37,142 nucleotides of DNA from a virus (Duplodnaviria; Heunggongvirae; Uroviricota; Caudoviricetes), in IMG/VR virus record IMGVR_UViG_2737471867_000005. One strand, written 5' to 3'. The notes under the pieces were generated by a model. That model was not told the origin of the DNA and did no database searches. It saw nothing but the letters and a program-made list of their open reading frames with translations. Made by a program: the position numbers and the translations under genes. The stretch's first letter is position 1. Every line of letters begins with the position of its first letter. Positions 28,298 through 37,142 of the stretch are shown here, one piece after another.

Positions 28298-30712
28298 TTA
28301 ATACAGGTTCCGCCACTTATCATCTTCCCACAAACGCTGGTTCCGATAGAAGATACGCAAGCCTGCTCCTGACGGAATACTGCCGCCGCGAAGGAGTAAA
28401 TCGACCTCTTTCTCGCTGCCATCAAATCCTCTGGACTTCAGCTCATAGACGAGCTGCAGTCGCTGATGGTCTGTAATTCGCTGTTTGTAGTCTTTACGCC
28501 GTTTCGGTTTAACCAGGCGTAACCTTGCTGCCAGATCCCGGCGCTCTTTTTTGCTCATACTGTGCAGGTAATCGTGCAACTCCTTGTCATCCATGCGGGT
28601 AATGTCCGTTCTGGTGTCCCCATCAGCTGATTTATCTTTCTCCTGTTGGTTCAAATTTTCAGCAAGGGGACAGTTATTGCCACGAGTCCAAGGGGCGCAA
28701 GCGCCCTGGTCGGCTGCCGCCTCCTGAACGTCAACGGCTTTACGAACCATTTTCCACTTCACTGCATGAGTGCAGATCTTGCCCTCTGCAATGGGTGACC
28801 AGATGCCATAAATACGAATGCCGTGATCGCCATAGGCGGTCGGCTCTTCGTTGATTTCATAAGCGGTTCTGATGAGGTGATATTTACGGGGAACCAGTAC
28901 GCCGCCCTGCTTCATGATGTAGGTGGCAAAACAACCAGCATCAGCAGCAGCCAAGATGGCATCAAGGCGCGGGTTATCCAGTACCGGCGCACCTGCTTTT
29001 TTGTCCCCCTGTTGCCTTGCCGCCTGACCAGCCAGCAATCGCAGTTCACGGTAAGCCTGACGCCCCGGAATGCCAAAGAAGCGGAATTGCTGAACACGAT
29101 GCAAAGACGCCCAGGCGTTCACGTATTCAGCGTTATCACGCAGAGATTTACCCGTTTCCTTGCTGATCTCGCCAGCCAGACCACGCCCGTCAATGTTCTT
29201 ACTGATGTATTTCGCTATGTAGCTTGTCGGCGTTCCTTTGCGCGGGTTAATCAGCTCAGACTTAAAGCGCGGCCCCGTGTTATTGCCCAGCTCCTCGCGG
29301 TCTTCACGGATAGCAAACTTACGCAACAATGCAGTAATGGCGCGGCGGTCTTTTTTGCGCATGAAACACAACAGGTGCCAGTGAACTGTGCCGTCGTGAT
29401 GCGGCTCAGCCACCCGCACGCCATACCAGCGCAACCCGGCTTTGTGCATCGCCTTACGAAATGCAGCAAACATACCGACCAGATAATCGCTGCTTTGTCT
29501 TACCGTCGCATTTGTCCAGGTCGGGTTGGGCCTGCCGTTATTTAGCGTGGAATGGAAACGTGACGGACAGGTGATGGTGTAGAAAACGGCGCAGTCACCG
29601 CGCATTTCCGCGATAAGCTCCAGACCTTTAACACAGGCCATCATCTCATTGCGGCGATGCGCAGGGTTGCTGCTGCTGGCGTTTACCACATCCTCCATGT
29701 CCAGCGTGTCGCCGTCTTCGTTCACCAGTTCATGAGAACGGAAAAACTCCAGCGACTTACGGTGCTGCTCACGTTTATGCAACACGGCTTCATAGCTGAC
29801 ATAGGGAGATGCTTTTTTGCTGACAAGGCAGACAGCACGCAACTGCTCTTCCCGCCATTCGCAACGCATCTTCCATAATTTCCGATACCACCAGTCGGCG
29901 CACAACATACGCGCCAGCGAACCCGGAATGAGTTCATAGGGCACGGGTTTACGGCGGTTTCTTTTCCGACGGAGTTGCTCAAACGCAGGCGGGATGACAT
30001 CCAGACGCAGGGTTTCCGCTGCCACCCTTTCCCATGTATTGCGGATTTCTTCTGGCTTAACGTCATCGGTGGCATACAAATCGCCACAAGCGGCATCAAG
30101 GCACATACTCATATGCGCAGCTACCAGGGTGGACAGGCGTTTCACCTGATCCTGACTCATTTCAGGCAGGATCAGCAGGCCGTCCAGCCCTTCATGGCTT
30201 GCCATAAAGCGAAAAGATGCAGATAGCTGACTGTCGCGTACATGCTCCAGTCGTTCCAGACATGGCTTAATCGTCTCACGTAAATAGCGGGAATAAGCCT
30301 TTGGCCTGCCCAGGCTGCTGAAGTATTCAATACGTTGCATCAGCGGCTTGCTGATATGGGAAGGCTGGGCGTTGACGTCCGCCAGAATGACCATATCCGG
30401 ATTAAAACGCTGCTGCTCATGCGCCAGCTTTGCCCGACTAATGAGCTTATCCTGTTCCATTTCGCGCTGGACAGGATCACGGGATTCATTAAAGAAATAA
30501 CGCTCCCAGACCTGATCACTCAGCGCCTCACGGCGCAGCTGTTCCTGCTCGTTATCGGCAGCGTACAGAGTGATCAGGTTTGAAAGCGTAGAAACCGGCG
30601 CAACTTCCACCGTGTCCAGATAAGGGTTAATGGCCTTTTTCGGGCTGTTCCATGAGAACGATGCGGCGACCTCGTTAAAGCCGCTGCAGTTGTTCATATC
30701 AGCATGGCTCAT
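28298..30712 (-). CDS. A: rolling-circle replication initiator A
   Basis: 804-aa ORF in the P2 gene A position. Confidence 0.85.
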   Translation of the reverse strand: MSHADMNNCSGFNEVAASFSWNSPKKAINPYLDTVEVAPVSTLSNLITLYAADNEQEQLRREALSDQVWERYFFNESRDPVQREMEQDKLISRAKLAHEQQRFNPDMVILADVNAQPSHISKPLMQRIEYFSSLGRPKAYSRYLRETIKPCLERLEHVRDSQLSASFRFMASHEGLDGLLILPEMSQDQVKRLSTLVAAHMSMCLDAACGDLYATDDVKPEEIRNTWERVAAETLRLDVIPPAFEQLRRKRNRRKPVPYELIPGSLARMLCADWWYRKLWKMRCEWREEQLRAVCLVSKKASPYVSYEAVLHKREQHRKSLEFFRSHELVNEDGDTLDMEDVVNASSSNPAHRRNEMMACVKGLELIAEMRGDCAVFYTITCPSRFHSTLNNGRPNPTWTNATVRQSSDYLVGMFAAFRKAMHKAGLRWYGVRVAEPHHDGTVHWHLLCFMRKKDRRAITALLRKFAIREDREELGNNTGPRFKSELINPRKGTPTSYIAKYISKNIDGRGLAGEISKETGKSLRDNAEYVNAWASLHRVQQFRFFGIPGRQAYRELRLLAGQAARQQGDKKAGAPVLDNPRLDAILAAADAGCFATYIMKQGGVLVPRKYHLIRTAYEINEEPTAYGDHGIRIYGIWSPIAEGKICTHAVKWKMVRKAVDVQEAAADQGACAPWTRGNNCPLAENLNQQEKDKSADGDTRTDITRMDDKELHDYLHSMSKKERRDLAARLRLVKPKRRKDYKQRITDHQRLQLVYELKSRGFDGSEKEVDLLLRGGSIPSGAGLRIFYRNQRLWEDDKWRNLY

Positions 30713-31566
30713 GCACGCACTCCGTACACGGCAGAACTATCCACGCCACGCGAAGGATCAAATCCCACCCAGCAGCGCGGCCCGGAAACAGCGATGATTT
30801 CTGTTGCAGATTTACTCTCACCAGCTGCCACACCGATGCTGCGTTTTGCCTTGATGTAGTGGTGAGTAAAATTGCGATATAGCGAACGGATCAGGGATGT
30901 GTCACTGTTAGAAACAATGACCGGATGTCCTTCTGATGACCGATGTTCAAGAACGGATGCCAGGTGATACTGGTCATCTTCAGTGAAACCATCAGTGTGA
31001 TAGCCGGAAAACGTACCCTCATACGGCGGATCGCAATACACCACATCCCCCACCTGCAGCATCGCCAGCGTTTCATCAAAGCTTGCGCAGATAAACGTTG
31101 CCCGCTGGGCTTTCTCTGCAAATGCGCGGATTTCTTTTTCAGGGAAATACGGATTTTTATAATTACCGTACGGAATGTTGAAATGCCCGCTCTTGTTATA
31201 GCGACATAAACCACGGTAACCGTGACGATTGAGATACAGGAAATATACCGCTTTCATGAAATCAGTAATTTCAGTTGAGTAATTAAACTCCTGCCTTATG
31301 TTGTAATAAGCCACCTCCCTGTTTGCTTCCTTAAATAAAACTCTGGCGCGAGATATAAACGATTCACAATCAGCGGCAACCTTTTTATAGAGGTTGATTA
31401 AATCAGGATTAATATCCGCAACCAGATAGCTTGGATAATCCGTCGCCATCATCACTGCACAGGAACCCGCGAAAGGTTCAACCAGTCGCGGGCCAGCAGG
31501 AAGGTGTTTTTTCAGTTCGGACATAATTGCGGTTTTATTTCCCGCCCATTTCAGGATGGTGCTCAT
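30709..31566 (-). CDS. dam: DNA adenine methyltransferase (Dam-like)
   Basis: N-terminal KWAGNK SAM-binding motif and DPPY catalytic motif; start at 31566 overlaps the upstream stop (ATGA). Confidence 0.85.
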   Translation of the reverse strand: MSTILKWAGNKTAIMSELKKHLPAGPRLVEPFAGSCAVMMATDYPSYLVADINPDLINLYKKVAADCESFISRARVLFKEANREVAYYNIRQEFNYSTEITDFMKAVYFLYLNRHGYRGLCRYNKSGHFNIPYGNYKNPYFPEKEIRAFAEKAQRATFICASFDETLAMLQVGDVVYCDPPYEGTFSGYHTDGFTEDDQYHLASVLEHRSSEGHPVIVSNSDTSLIRSLYRNFTHHYIKAKRSIGVAAGESKSATEIIAVSGPRCWVGFDPSRGVDSSAVYGVRA

Positions 31567-31790
31567 ACAGCACCTCCGTTGTAATGTTTGCCTTTCAGCT
31601 CTGCGATTTCCTGACAGGTAATGCAAAGCTGCACACCTGGAATGGCGCGGCGGCGTGCTGGCGGAATTGGCGCTTCACACTCAATACAAAGCACGCGGGA
31701 CACGCCCGGCGTTTTGGCACGGGCAGCACGGATATGGCGCTGGCGTTCTTCTTCAACGCGCTGCTGTACGAGATCCATTGCATCAGCCAT
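31563..31790 (-). CDS. TraR/DksA-type C4 zinc-finger protein
   Basis: CIEC...x17...CITC spacing in a 75-aa ORF. Confidence 0.7.
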   Translation of the reverse strand: MADAMDLVQQRVEEERQRHIRAARAKTPGVSRVLCIECEAPIPPARRRAIPGVQLCITCQEIAELKGKHYNGGAV

Positions 31791-32029
31791 TAGTGGATCT
31801 CCTGCGCTTCGTTCTGGATTGCTTCAGCAGTTACACGCAGTAGTTCTGCTGCTTCGACGTGGTTTAGCTGGCGGGATGTGATATGACACGCCAGGCTATC
31901 AAGGCGAGCTGCCATTGCTTCAGCCCTTGCCCGGCGTTCTTCCAGACGAGCCTCTGTCAGTAAAATATTAAGCCCTGCATCATCCGGTCCGGTTTTAGTC
32001 GTGAGGGTTTCAATATTACGCATAATCAA
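31790..32029 (-). CDS. hypothetical early protein (79 aa)
   Basis: ORF translationally coupled to the downstream gene. Confidence 0.5.
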   Translation of the reverse strand: MIMRNIETLTTKTGPDDAGLNILLTEARLEERRARAEAMAARLDSLACHITSRQLNHVEAAELLRVTAEAIQNEAQEIH

Positions 32030-32090
32030 TTCTCCTGAATTTAGATAAAGGGATACCCGGCGGGTTTACGCCATTAATTTCATTAGTTGG

Positions 32091-32432
32091 TTAATTCGGC
32101 ATGGTTAGCCGTCTGGGAAATAAGCTCACCACTGCACGAAAATGATTCATTGCTTTAATCAACTCCCGCTTTTCGTCAGTGGTCAGCTCATTAATGCTGA
32201 TGCTATGACGTTCAGCTGGAATTTTTGCCATAAAGAATATAGCAGCCAGTGCCCGTTTATTTTGTTCGTTATTGATATCCCGTGGATCACGCATATCTTT
32301 AATAAACCGCTCAAGCTCTGACTCAATATTCAGGCCAAAAACTTTCGCCCTTAGCTCCGCAATGTGATTAAGTCCATTCAGGCGTTCACCGGGGCTTAAT
32401 GGAACAGTCGCCGCAGCGCCATTAATTGCCAT
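32091..32432 (-). CDS. hypothetical early protein (113 aa)
   Basis: ORF in the early operon. Confidence 0.5.
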   Translation of the reverse strand: MAINGAAATVPLSPGERLNGLNHIAELRAKVFGLNIESELERFIKDMRDPRDINNEQNKRALAAIFFMAKIPAERHSISINELTTDEKRELIKAMNHFRAVVSLFPRRLTMPN

Positions 32433-32454
32433 AATTCATATCCCCAAAACGCAA

Positions 32455-32679
32455 CTATCGTTGTTTGTTATTACGGTAACGTTCAAGAGGAGATACATTT
32501 TTTCGTATCGTCTCTTTAACCTGCTCTCCCCGTAAAAACGTCCCATCTTTTAGCGTGAAAAAGTAACTGCCATCGCCCGACAACGACGGATAACAACAGA
32601 GCAAATCATCTTCAGGTACTGAATAACTCTCCCCTCTGTAACGAAACTGATAAACCACTTCACTTTCCGCTGCATACAT
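32455..32679 (-). CDS. hypothetical early protein (74 aa)
   Basis: ORF with a GGAG RBS; overlaps another ORF (32550..32846) in a different frame. Confidence 0.45.
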   Translation of the reverse strand: MYAAESEVVYQFRYRGESYSVPEDDLLCCYPSLSGDGSYFFTLKDGTFLRGEQVKETIRKNVSPLERYRNNKQR

Positions 32680-32853
32680 TTTGACTTTCTCCGTTTCCTC
32701 GTGGTCAATTCAGACAGCAATTCATCTTGTGAATGACATGGATGCCAGCGTTTTCCATCCTCACCCATGATCCAGCCGTGACCGTAGTGCATTGCCGGGC
32801 TTTGCTTTACCAGCAGCGATGCAAATGATGGTTCTTTCGTCAGCATAAGTACC

Positions 32854-33363
32854 TCACAGCAAACCGAATGAAGCACCGAGGCCAGTCACGGTATCAACTG
32901 CACTCGCCATCGCAGGGTTAGCCTGTAAACGGGCCTGCAATGAAACAGCAGCCAACGCCATCAGTCGTGTTACAGAGTTAATGCTGCTGATAGCATCACG
33001 ACGACCAGCACTGGTTTTTACATCGCCAGATACCGCACCTGCAGCAACACGCCCGATCTCTGCGGTTGCACTCATGACGTAATGTGGCAGTTTCTCTTTT
33101 GCCACCTCATTAATCGGTACACATGGCAGACAATGAATCTGTGCCAGAAAACCGTCTACCAGCGTTGAATCTTCAGTCAGATCGGTAAGTAGCCAGATAT
33201 CTGGTGCGGTTAATAAATGAGGTTGAGCTGGGTTCAGCTTGTTCCGCAGAATCTGCACATTCATGCCTGCACGTTCTGCCAGTTGCACCAGGTTGTGGCG
33301 CAGTGCGAATGCACGACAGGCTTCATCAAAATGTGGATGTTTGGAAACTTGGTAATCAAACAT
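32854..33363 (-). CDS. cII: CII-like transcriptional activator (phage 186 type)
   Basis: 169 aa from [20 protein letters not shown]...; close to 186 CII as I recall it. Confidence 0.85.
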   Translation of the reverse strand: MFDYQVSKHPHFDEACRAFALRHNLVQLAERAGMNVQILRNKLNPAQPHLLTAPDIWLLTDLTEDSTLVDGFLAQIHCLPCVPINEVAKEKLPHYVMSATAEIGRVAAGAVSGDVKTSAGRRDAISSINSVTRLMALAAVSLQARLQANPAMASAVDTVTGLGASFGLL

Positions 33364-33395
33364 GGTCGACACCCCTGATGTATCCCAAAATGGAA

Positions 33396-33617
33396 CTAGT
33401 TGAATACAACATTGCAATCAGTAAGTGCATCAACGGTAAGAGCAGCAAGGTTGATCATCACCTTTTCTCTTTTCTTGTCTTTCCGAAGGCGATGCCGAGG
33501 GATGCGACCGTCAGCCAGCATATCGTTAATTGTGTCGATTGAAAGACCAGTAAGTTCGCTATAACGCTCAATTGTGACATGTGGCGTATTCAGAGTTATT
33601 GAAATGTTAGGGGTCAT
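33396..33617 (-). CDS. apl: Apl-like excisionase/repressor (HTH)
   Basis: ATG at 33617 with a GGAG RBS; [26 protein letters not shown]... Confidence 0.8.
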   Translation of the reverse strand: MTPNISITLNTPHVTIERYSELTGLSIDTINDMLADGRIPRHRLRKDKKREKVMINLAALTVDALTDCNVVFN

Positions 33618-33712
33618 GATGCAACATCTCCTATTGGCTTGTGGTGAGCCTGTAGTAATCGTGACAAGTACCCAAATGGGGACAAAACTGATACTAGGAT
33701 CGCAAAAGAGAT
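33618..33712. promoter_or_regulatory. lysis/lysogeny switch region (186-type pR/pL promoters and operators)
   Basis: 95-bp gap between divergent apl and cI start codons. Confidence 0.5.
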
Positions 33713-34309
33713 ATGTCAACATCAAAGTACCCAAGTGAGATCAAAATAAATCCCAATAAAGGTGGTAAGGCTGCGATTGAGCGATTAGTCGAAGCTTATG
33801 GCTTTACGACACGACAGGCTTTAGCTGATCACTTGGAAGTATCAAAAAGCACTCTGGCGAACAGGTATTTGCGGGATACGTTTCCTGCAGACTGGATAAT
33901 CCAATGTGCTCTTGAAACAGGAACCTCACTGAAATGGTTAACCACCGGGCAAGGACTTAAGCAAAGCTCGCTGACAGTAGCCACAGAAGAGCTTCCCAAG
34001 TTTCGCCTTACCGCAGGCAAAATGATTGAAGATGGTTCATATGTCTTCGATTCATCATTTCTTCCTGCAAATCTTTCATCACCAATTGTTATTCTGGATG
34101 GGCTTGTCACATACATTTGTGATCAAAAATTTTCTGAAGTACTTGATGGGCACTGGTTAATCAACATCGACGGAACCTATTCCATTCGAAAAATCACAAA
34201 GCTTCCAAAAGGTATGATTAAAATTACAACTACAGAGAATAGCTTTGAATGTGCATTTTCTGATATTGAAGTGGTTGCTTGTATAAGAAGTACAATAGTT
34301 TCAAATTGA
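33713..34309 (+). CDS. cI: CI immunity repressor (phage 186 type)
   Basis: 198-aa protein with an N-terminal HTH; position and sequence are 186 CI-like. Confidence 0.85.
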   Translation: MSTSKYPSEIKINPNKGGKAAIERLVEAYGFTTRQALADHLEVSKSTLANRYLRDTFPADWIIQCALETGTSLKWLTTGQGLKQSSLTVATEELPKFRLTAGKMIEDGSYVFDSSFLPANLSSPIVILDGLVTYICDQKFSEVLDGHWLINIDGTYSIRKITKLPKGMIKITTTENSFECAFSDIEVVACIRSTIVSN

Positions 34310-34329
34310 TATAGTAAAAGGATTTAAAA

Positions 34330-36006
34330 ATGAATTCATTTTCCATCGTTATATTCTTATTAGCATTTCTCGCCCCTGTTCTAGCTATAATATTATTTAA
34401 GCAAAGTAAAGAACACAAAACCGCCATAGATAACCTGACGGCTAACAACATAGCTCTTTCCAGCCAACTGAAAGAAAATCAAGAAGAATTAGCACAGACT
34501 GTACGAGATCTATCAGAGCTTGAAGGACGAGCTGCACCATTATGGCAATACGTAGAATTGCACAGCGCAGTGATGGAAGCAGAGAATAAGATAAAAAATG
34601 CAGACTCAATAGCCAGGCAAAAAATAGAAGAAGCCCAAATAAAGGCTGCTAAGACAGTAAACGAAGCAAATTATCAAGCTCAGATAACAATAAGCAACGC
34701 TAATAGCGAAGCTATAGCAATCACCAAAGACGCTCGCGATGCACGCCTGAAAGCCAAAGAACGTCTTGATAATGCCAACAGTAAAGCAAATGAGCTGATC
34801 TCAAATGCTAATGACAACGCAGTAAAAATTATTTCCGATGCAGAAGAAAGAGCAAAAGAGATTGCTGGTTCAGCATATGAAGCTAAAGAGTTTGCAGAAA
34901 AATATGAAGCAGTTGCCAAATCAATGAAAAATAAAATTGAAGGTTATGGCGATGAATGGATCATCCCTAACCGTAGTGTACTTGATGAATTGGCAGAAAA
35001 TTATGAGTTTACAGATGCAGGCAAGGAATTACAAAAAGCCAGGGAGTTAACAAAATCATTAATAAAAACTAATAAAGCAGCTTCGTGTGATTATGTTGAG
35101 CCAAACAGGCGTAATACTGCTATCAACTTTGTTTTGGATGCCTTCAATGGAAGAGTTGACAGTATTTTATCAAAAGTCAAACACAACAATTTTGGAAAAC
35201 TTTCCCAAGAAATAAAAGATGCATTTCAACTTGTAAATTATAATGGCTCTGCTTTTAAATCCGCAAAAATAAGTGACATCTATCTTCAGGCACGACTCAA
35301 CGAGCTAAAATGGGGAGTTGCAGTTAATGAAATTATGCTCAAAGAAAAAGAGGAGCAAAGAAGGATTAAAGAACAGCTTCGTGAAGAGGAAAGAGCTCGT
35401 AGAGAGTATGAAAAAGCGATAAAAGAAGCCGAAAAAGAAGAGAAAGCTATTCAGCAAGCTATAAATAAAGCGACGAAAGAGCTTATGCTTGCAAATGAAG
35501 AACAACGCTTAGCTTTAGAGCAAAAAATAGCTGAACTACAGTTAAAATATGAAGAAGCTGAAGCTAAAAACCAACGAGCTATTTCTATGGCTCAACAAAC
35601 TAGATCAGGCCATGTTTATATAATTAGCAATATTGGCTCATTTGGCGAAGATGTATATAAAATTGGAATGACACGCCGCCTTGAACCACTTGATCGTGTT
35701 CGTGAACTTGGGGATGCTAGTGTTCCTTTTTCGTTCGATGTTCATGCGATGATTTATAGTGATGATGCACCGTCATTAGAAAATCATCTGCATAAAGTCT
35801 TCAACGAAAAGCAGGTCAATAAAATTAACTCACGAAAAGAGTTTTTTAACGTAAATATTAAAGAAATTAAATCGGTTATTGAAGATATGAACATCAATGC
35901 CCACTGGACAATGTTTGCAGAGGCGAAAGAATATAGAGAGTCACTAGCTATTGAGCAGGAACGCAAAGCAGCCACTTCCGCCAACGATGAACTACATGTT
36001 GCTTAG
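34330..36006 (+). CDS. membrane-anchored coiled-coil protein with C-terminal T5orf172/GIY-YIG-like domain
   Basis: N-terminal TM helix (FSIVIFLLAFLAPVLAIILF), a long K/E/A-rich coiled coil, and a C-terminal GHVYIISN...YKIGMT motif from about 35608. AT-rich; inserted between cI and int. Confidence 0.8.
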   Translation: MNSFSIVIFLLAFLAPVLAIILFKQSKEHKTAIDNLTANNIALSSQLKENQEELAQTVRDLSELEGRAAPLWQYVELHSAVMEAENKIKNADSIARQKIEEAQIKAAKTVNEANYQAQITISNANSEAIAITKDARDARLKAKERLDNANSKANELISNANDNAVKIISDAEERAKEIAGSAYEAKEFAEKYEAVAKSMKNKIEGYGDEWIIPNRSVLDELAENYEFTDAGKELQKARELTKSLIKTNKAASCDYVEPNRRNTAINFVLDAFNGRVDSILSKVKHNNFGKLSQEIKDAFQLVNYNGSAFKSAKISDIYLQARLNELKWGVAVNEIMLKEKEEQRRIKEQLREEERARREYEKAIKEAEKEEKAIQQAINKATKELMLANEEQRLALEQKIAELQLKYEEAEAKNQRAISMAQQTRSGHVYIISNIGSFGEDVYKIGMTRRLEPLDRVRELGDASVPFSFDVHAMIYSDDAPSLENHLHKVFNEKQVNKINSRKEFFNVNIKEIKSVIEDMNINAHWTMFAEAKEYRESLAIEQERKAATSANDELHVA

Positions 36007-36064
36007 CAATGTATGTTTCATAGCAATCACACATTGATTACTGGTTGTATATACAGTTAAATTT

Positions 36065-36089
36065 AGCCCTCTGATATGAGGGCTTTTTT
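36065..36089 (+). terminator. hairpin plus T-run immediately upstream of the int start codon
   Basis: AGCCCTC-tgatat-GAGGGCT followed by TTTTT then ATG; the 3' stem arm contains the likely int Shine-Dalgarno (GAGG). Confidence 0.6.
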
Positions 36090-37142
36090 ATGGCAGTACG
36101 AAAACTCACCACAGGAAAATGGCTGTGCGAATGTTATCCCGCCGGACGTAGTGGACGTCGTGTGCGTAAACAATTCGCCACCAAAGGCGAAGCTCTGGCT
36201 TTTGAGCGTCACACGATGGAAGAAACCGAAGCAAAGCCCTGGCTAGGTGAATCAGTGGATCGTCGAACACTGAAAGATGTGGTTGAGCTATGGTTCAAAC
36301 TACATGGTAAATCACTGACTGCTGGGCAGCATGTCTATGACAAATTGCTGCTGATGGTTGACGCTCTGGGCAATCCCCTTGCAACTGATCTAACCTCTAA
36401 AATGTTTGCCCACTATCGAGATAAACGCCTGACAGGCGAGATCTACTTCAGCGAGAAATGGAAGAAAGGAGCAAGCCCGGTCACCATTAACCTGGAGCAA
36501 AGCTATCTAAGTAGTGTTTTTAGCGAACTATCCCGTCTGGGCGAATGGTCGTATCCGAACCCACTGGAGAACATGCGAAAATTCACCATCGCAGAAAAAG
36601 AGATGGCATGGCTTACCCATGAGCAGATTGTTGAATTGCTGGCTGATTGCAAACGTCAGGACCCAATTCTGGCACTGGTAGTTAAGATATGCTTAAGCAC
36701 AGGCGCACGCTGGCGTGAAGCCGTAAATCTTACCCGCTCACAGGTGACCAAATACCGAATTACCTTTGTCAGAACGAAGGGGAAGAAAAACAGAAGCATC
36801 CCTATCAGTAAAGAGCTTTACGAAGAGATCATGGCGCTCGATGGGTTCAATTTCTTCACAGACTGCTATTTTCAATTTTTATCCGTGATGGAAAAAACGT
36901 CTATCGTGCTCCCTCGCGGTCAACTCACACACGTTCTGCGCCATACGTTTGCAGCGCACTTCATGATGTCGGGTGGAAACATTCTGGCCTTACAAAAAAT
37001 TCTCGGACACCACGATATAAAAATGACTATGCGTTACGCACATCTGGCACCGGATCATCTGGAAACGGCGCTCCGTTTCAATCCTCTGGCAACGCTGCCA
37101 AGTGGCGACAAAGTGGCGGCAGCGGTTGGCATTACCCCGTAA
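36090..37142 (+). CDS. int: tyrosine integrase (P2 Int family)
   Basis: 350-aa ORF with C-terminal HxLRHT and MRYAHL catalytic tyrosine region; its stop codon is the last 3 nt of the window. Confidence 0.9.
   Translation: MAVRKLTTGKWLCECYPAGRSGRRVRKQFATKGEALAFERHTMEETEAKPWLGESVDRRTLKDVVELWFKLHGKSLTAGQHVYDKLLLMVDALGNPLATDLTSKMFAHYRDKRLTGEIYFSEKWKKGASPVTINLEQSYLSSVFSELSRLGEWSYPNPLENMRKFTIAEKEMAWLTHEQIVELLADCKRQDPILALVVKICLSTGARWREAVNLTRSQVTKYRITFVRTKGKKNRSIPISKELYEEIMALDGFNFFTDCYFQFLSVMEKTSIVLPRGQLTHVLRHTFAAHFMMSGGNILALQKILGHHDIKMTMRYAHLAPDHLETALRFNPLATLPSGDKVAAAVGITP

Larger units (their letters stand above)
2777..37142. mobile_element. P2/186-family prophage (partial; continues past the window end)
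   Basis: Contiguous P2-ordered late genes, 186-like immunity region and a tyrosine integrase; the left junction lies between the ybjL terminator and the ogr stop. Confidence 0.9.

Noticed and set aside
28823-29545. 240-aa plus-strand ORF inside replication gene A
   Set aside because: Antisense to the 804-aa A ORF; no independent support.
32550-32876. 108-aa ORF as the single true gene of this interval
   Set aside because: Its C-terminal half overlaps a second ORF with its own RBS, and its translation there looks frame-shadow-like. Kept only as an unresolved overlap.
1-37142. CRISPR array or other regularly spaced direct repeats
   Set aside because: No repeat-spacer periodicity found. The only tandem repetition seen is coding (inside H), plus Gly/Ala-rich periodicity in T.

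Overview
The window holds about 2.8 kb of E. coli-type chromosome (grxA, ybjM, ybjL) followed by roughly 34 kb of an integrated P2/186-family prophage that runs off the right edge. Gene order is colinear with P2 for the late region: ogr, D, U, T, E/E', FII, FI, then a Gin/Pin-like invertase with an invertible tail-fibre cassette, then H, I, J, W, V, S, R, a lysis cassette, X, L, M, N, O and divergent P-Q. The early region is 186-like (A, dam, cII, apl, cI, int). Two AT-rich accessory loci stand out. The first is a ~3.9 kb island between portal gene Q and replication gene A that straddles a cos-like site and carries two large uncharacterised genes: a 557-aa protein with a C-terminal glycine-zipper membrane segment, and a 389-aa protein with a HEPN-like R-x4-H motif. 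The second is a 558-aa gene (TM helix, coiled coil, T5orf172/GIY-YIG-like C-terminus) inserted between cI and int. These are the best candidates for anti-phage defence cargo; the 557-aa gene matches no family I can name. All identifications come from reading the sequence and recalled protein families; no database search or computation was run, and short-feature coordinates may be off by a base or two.
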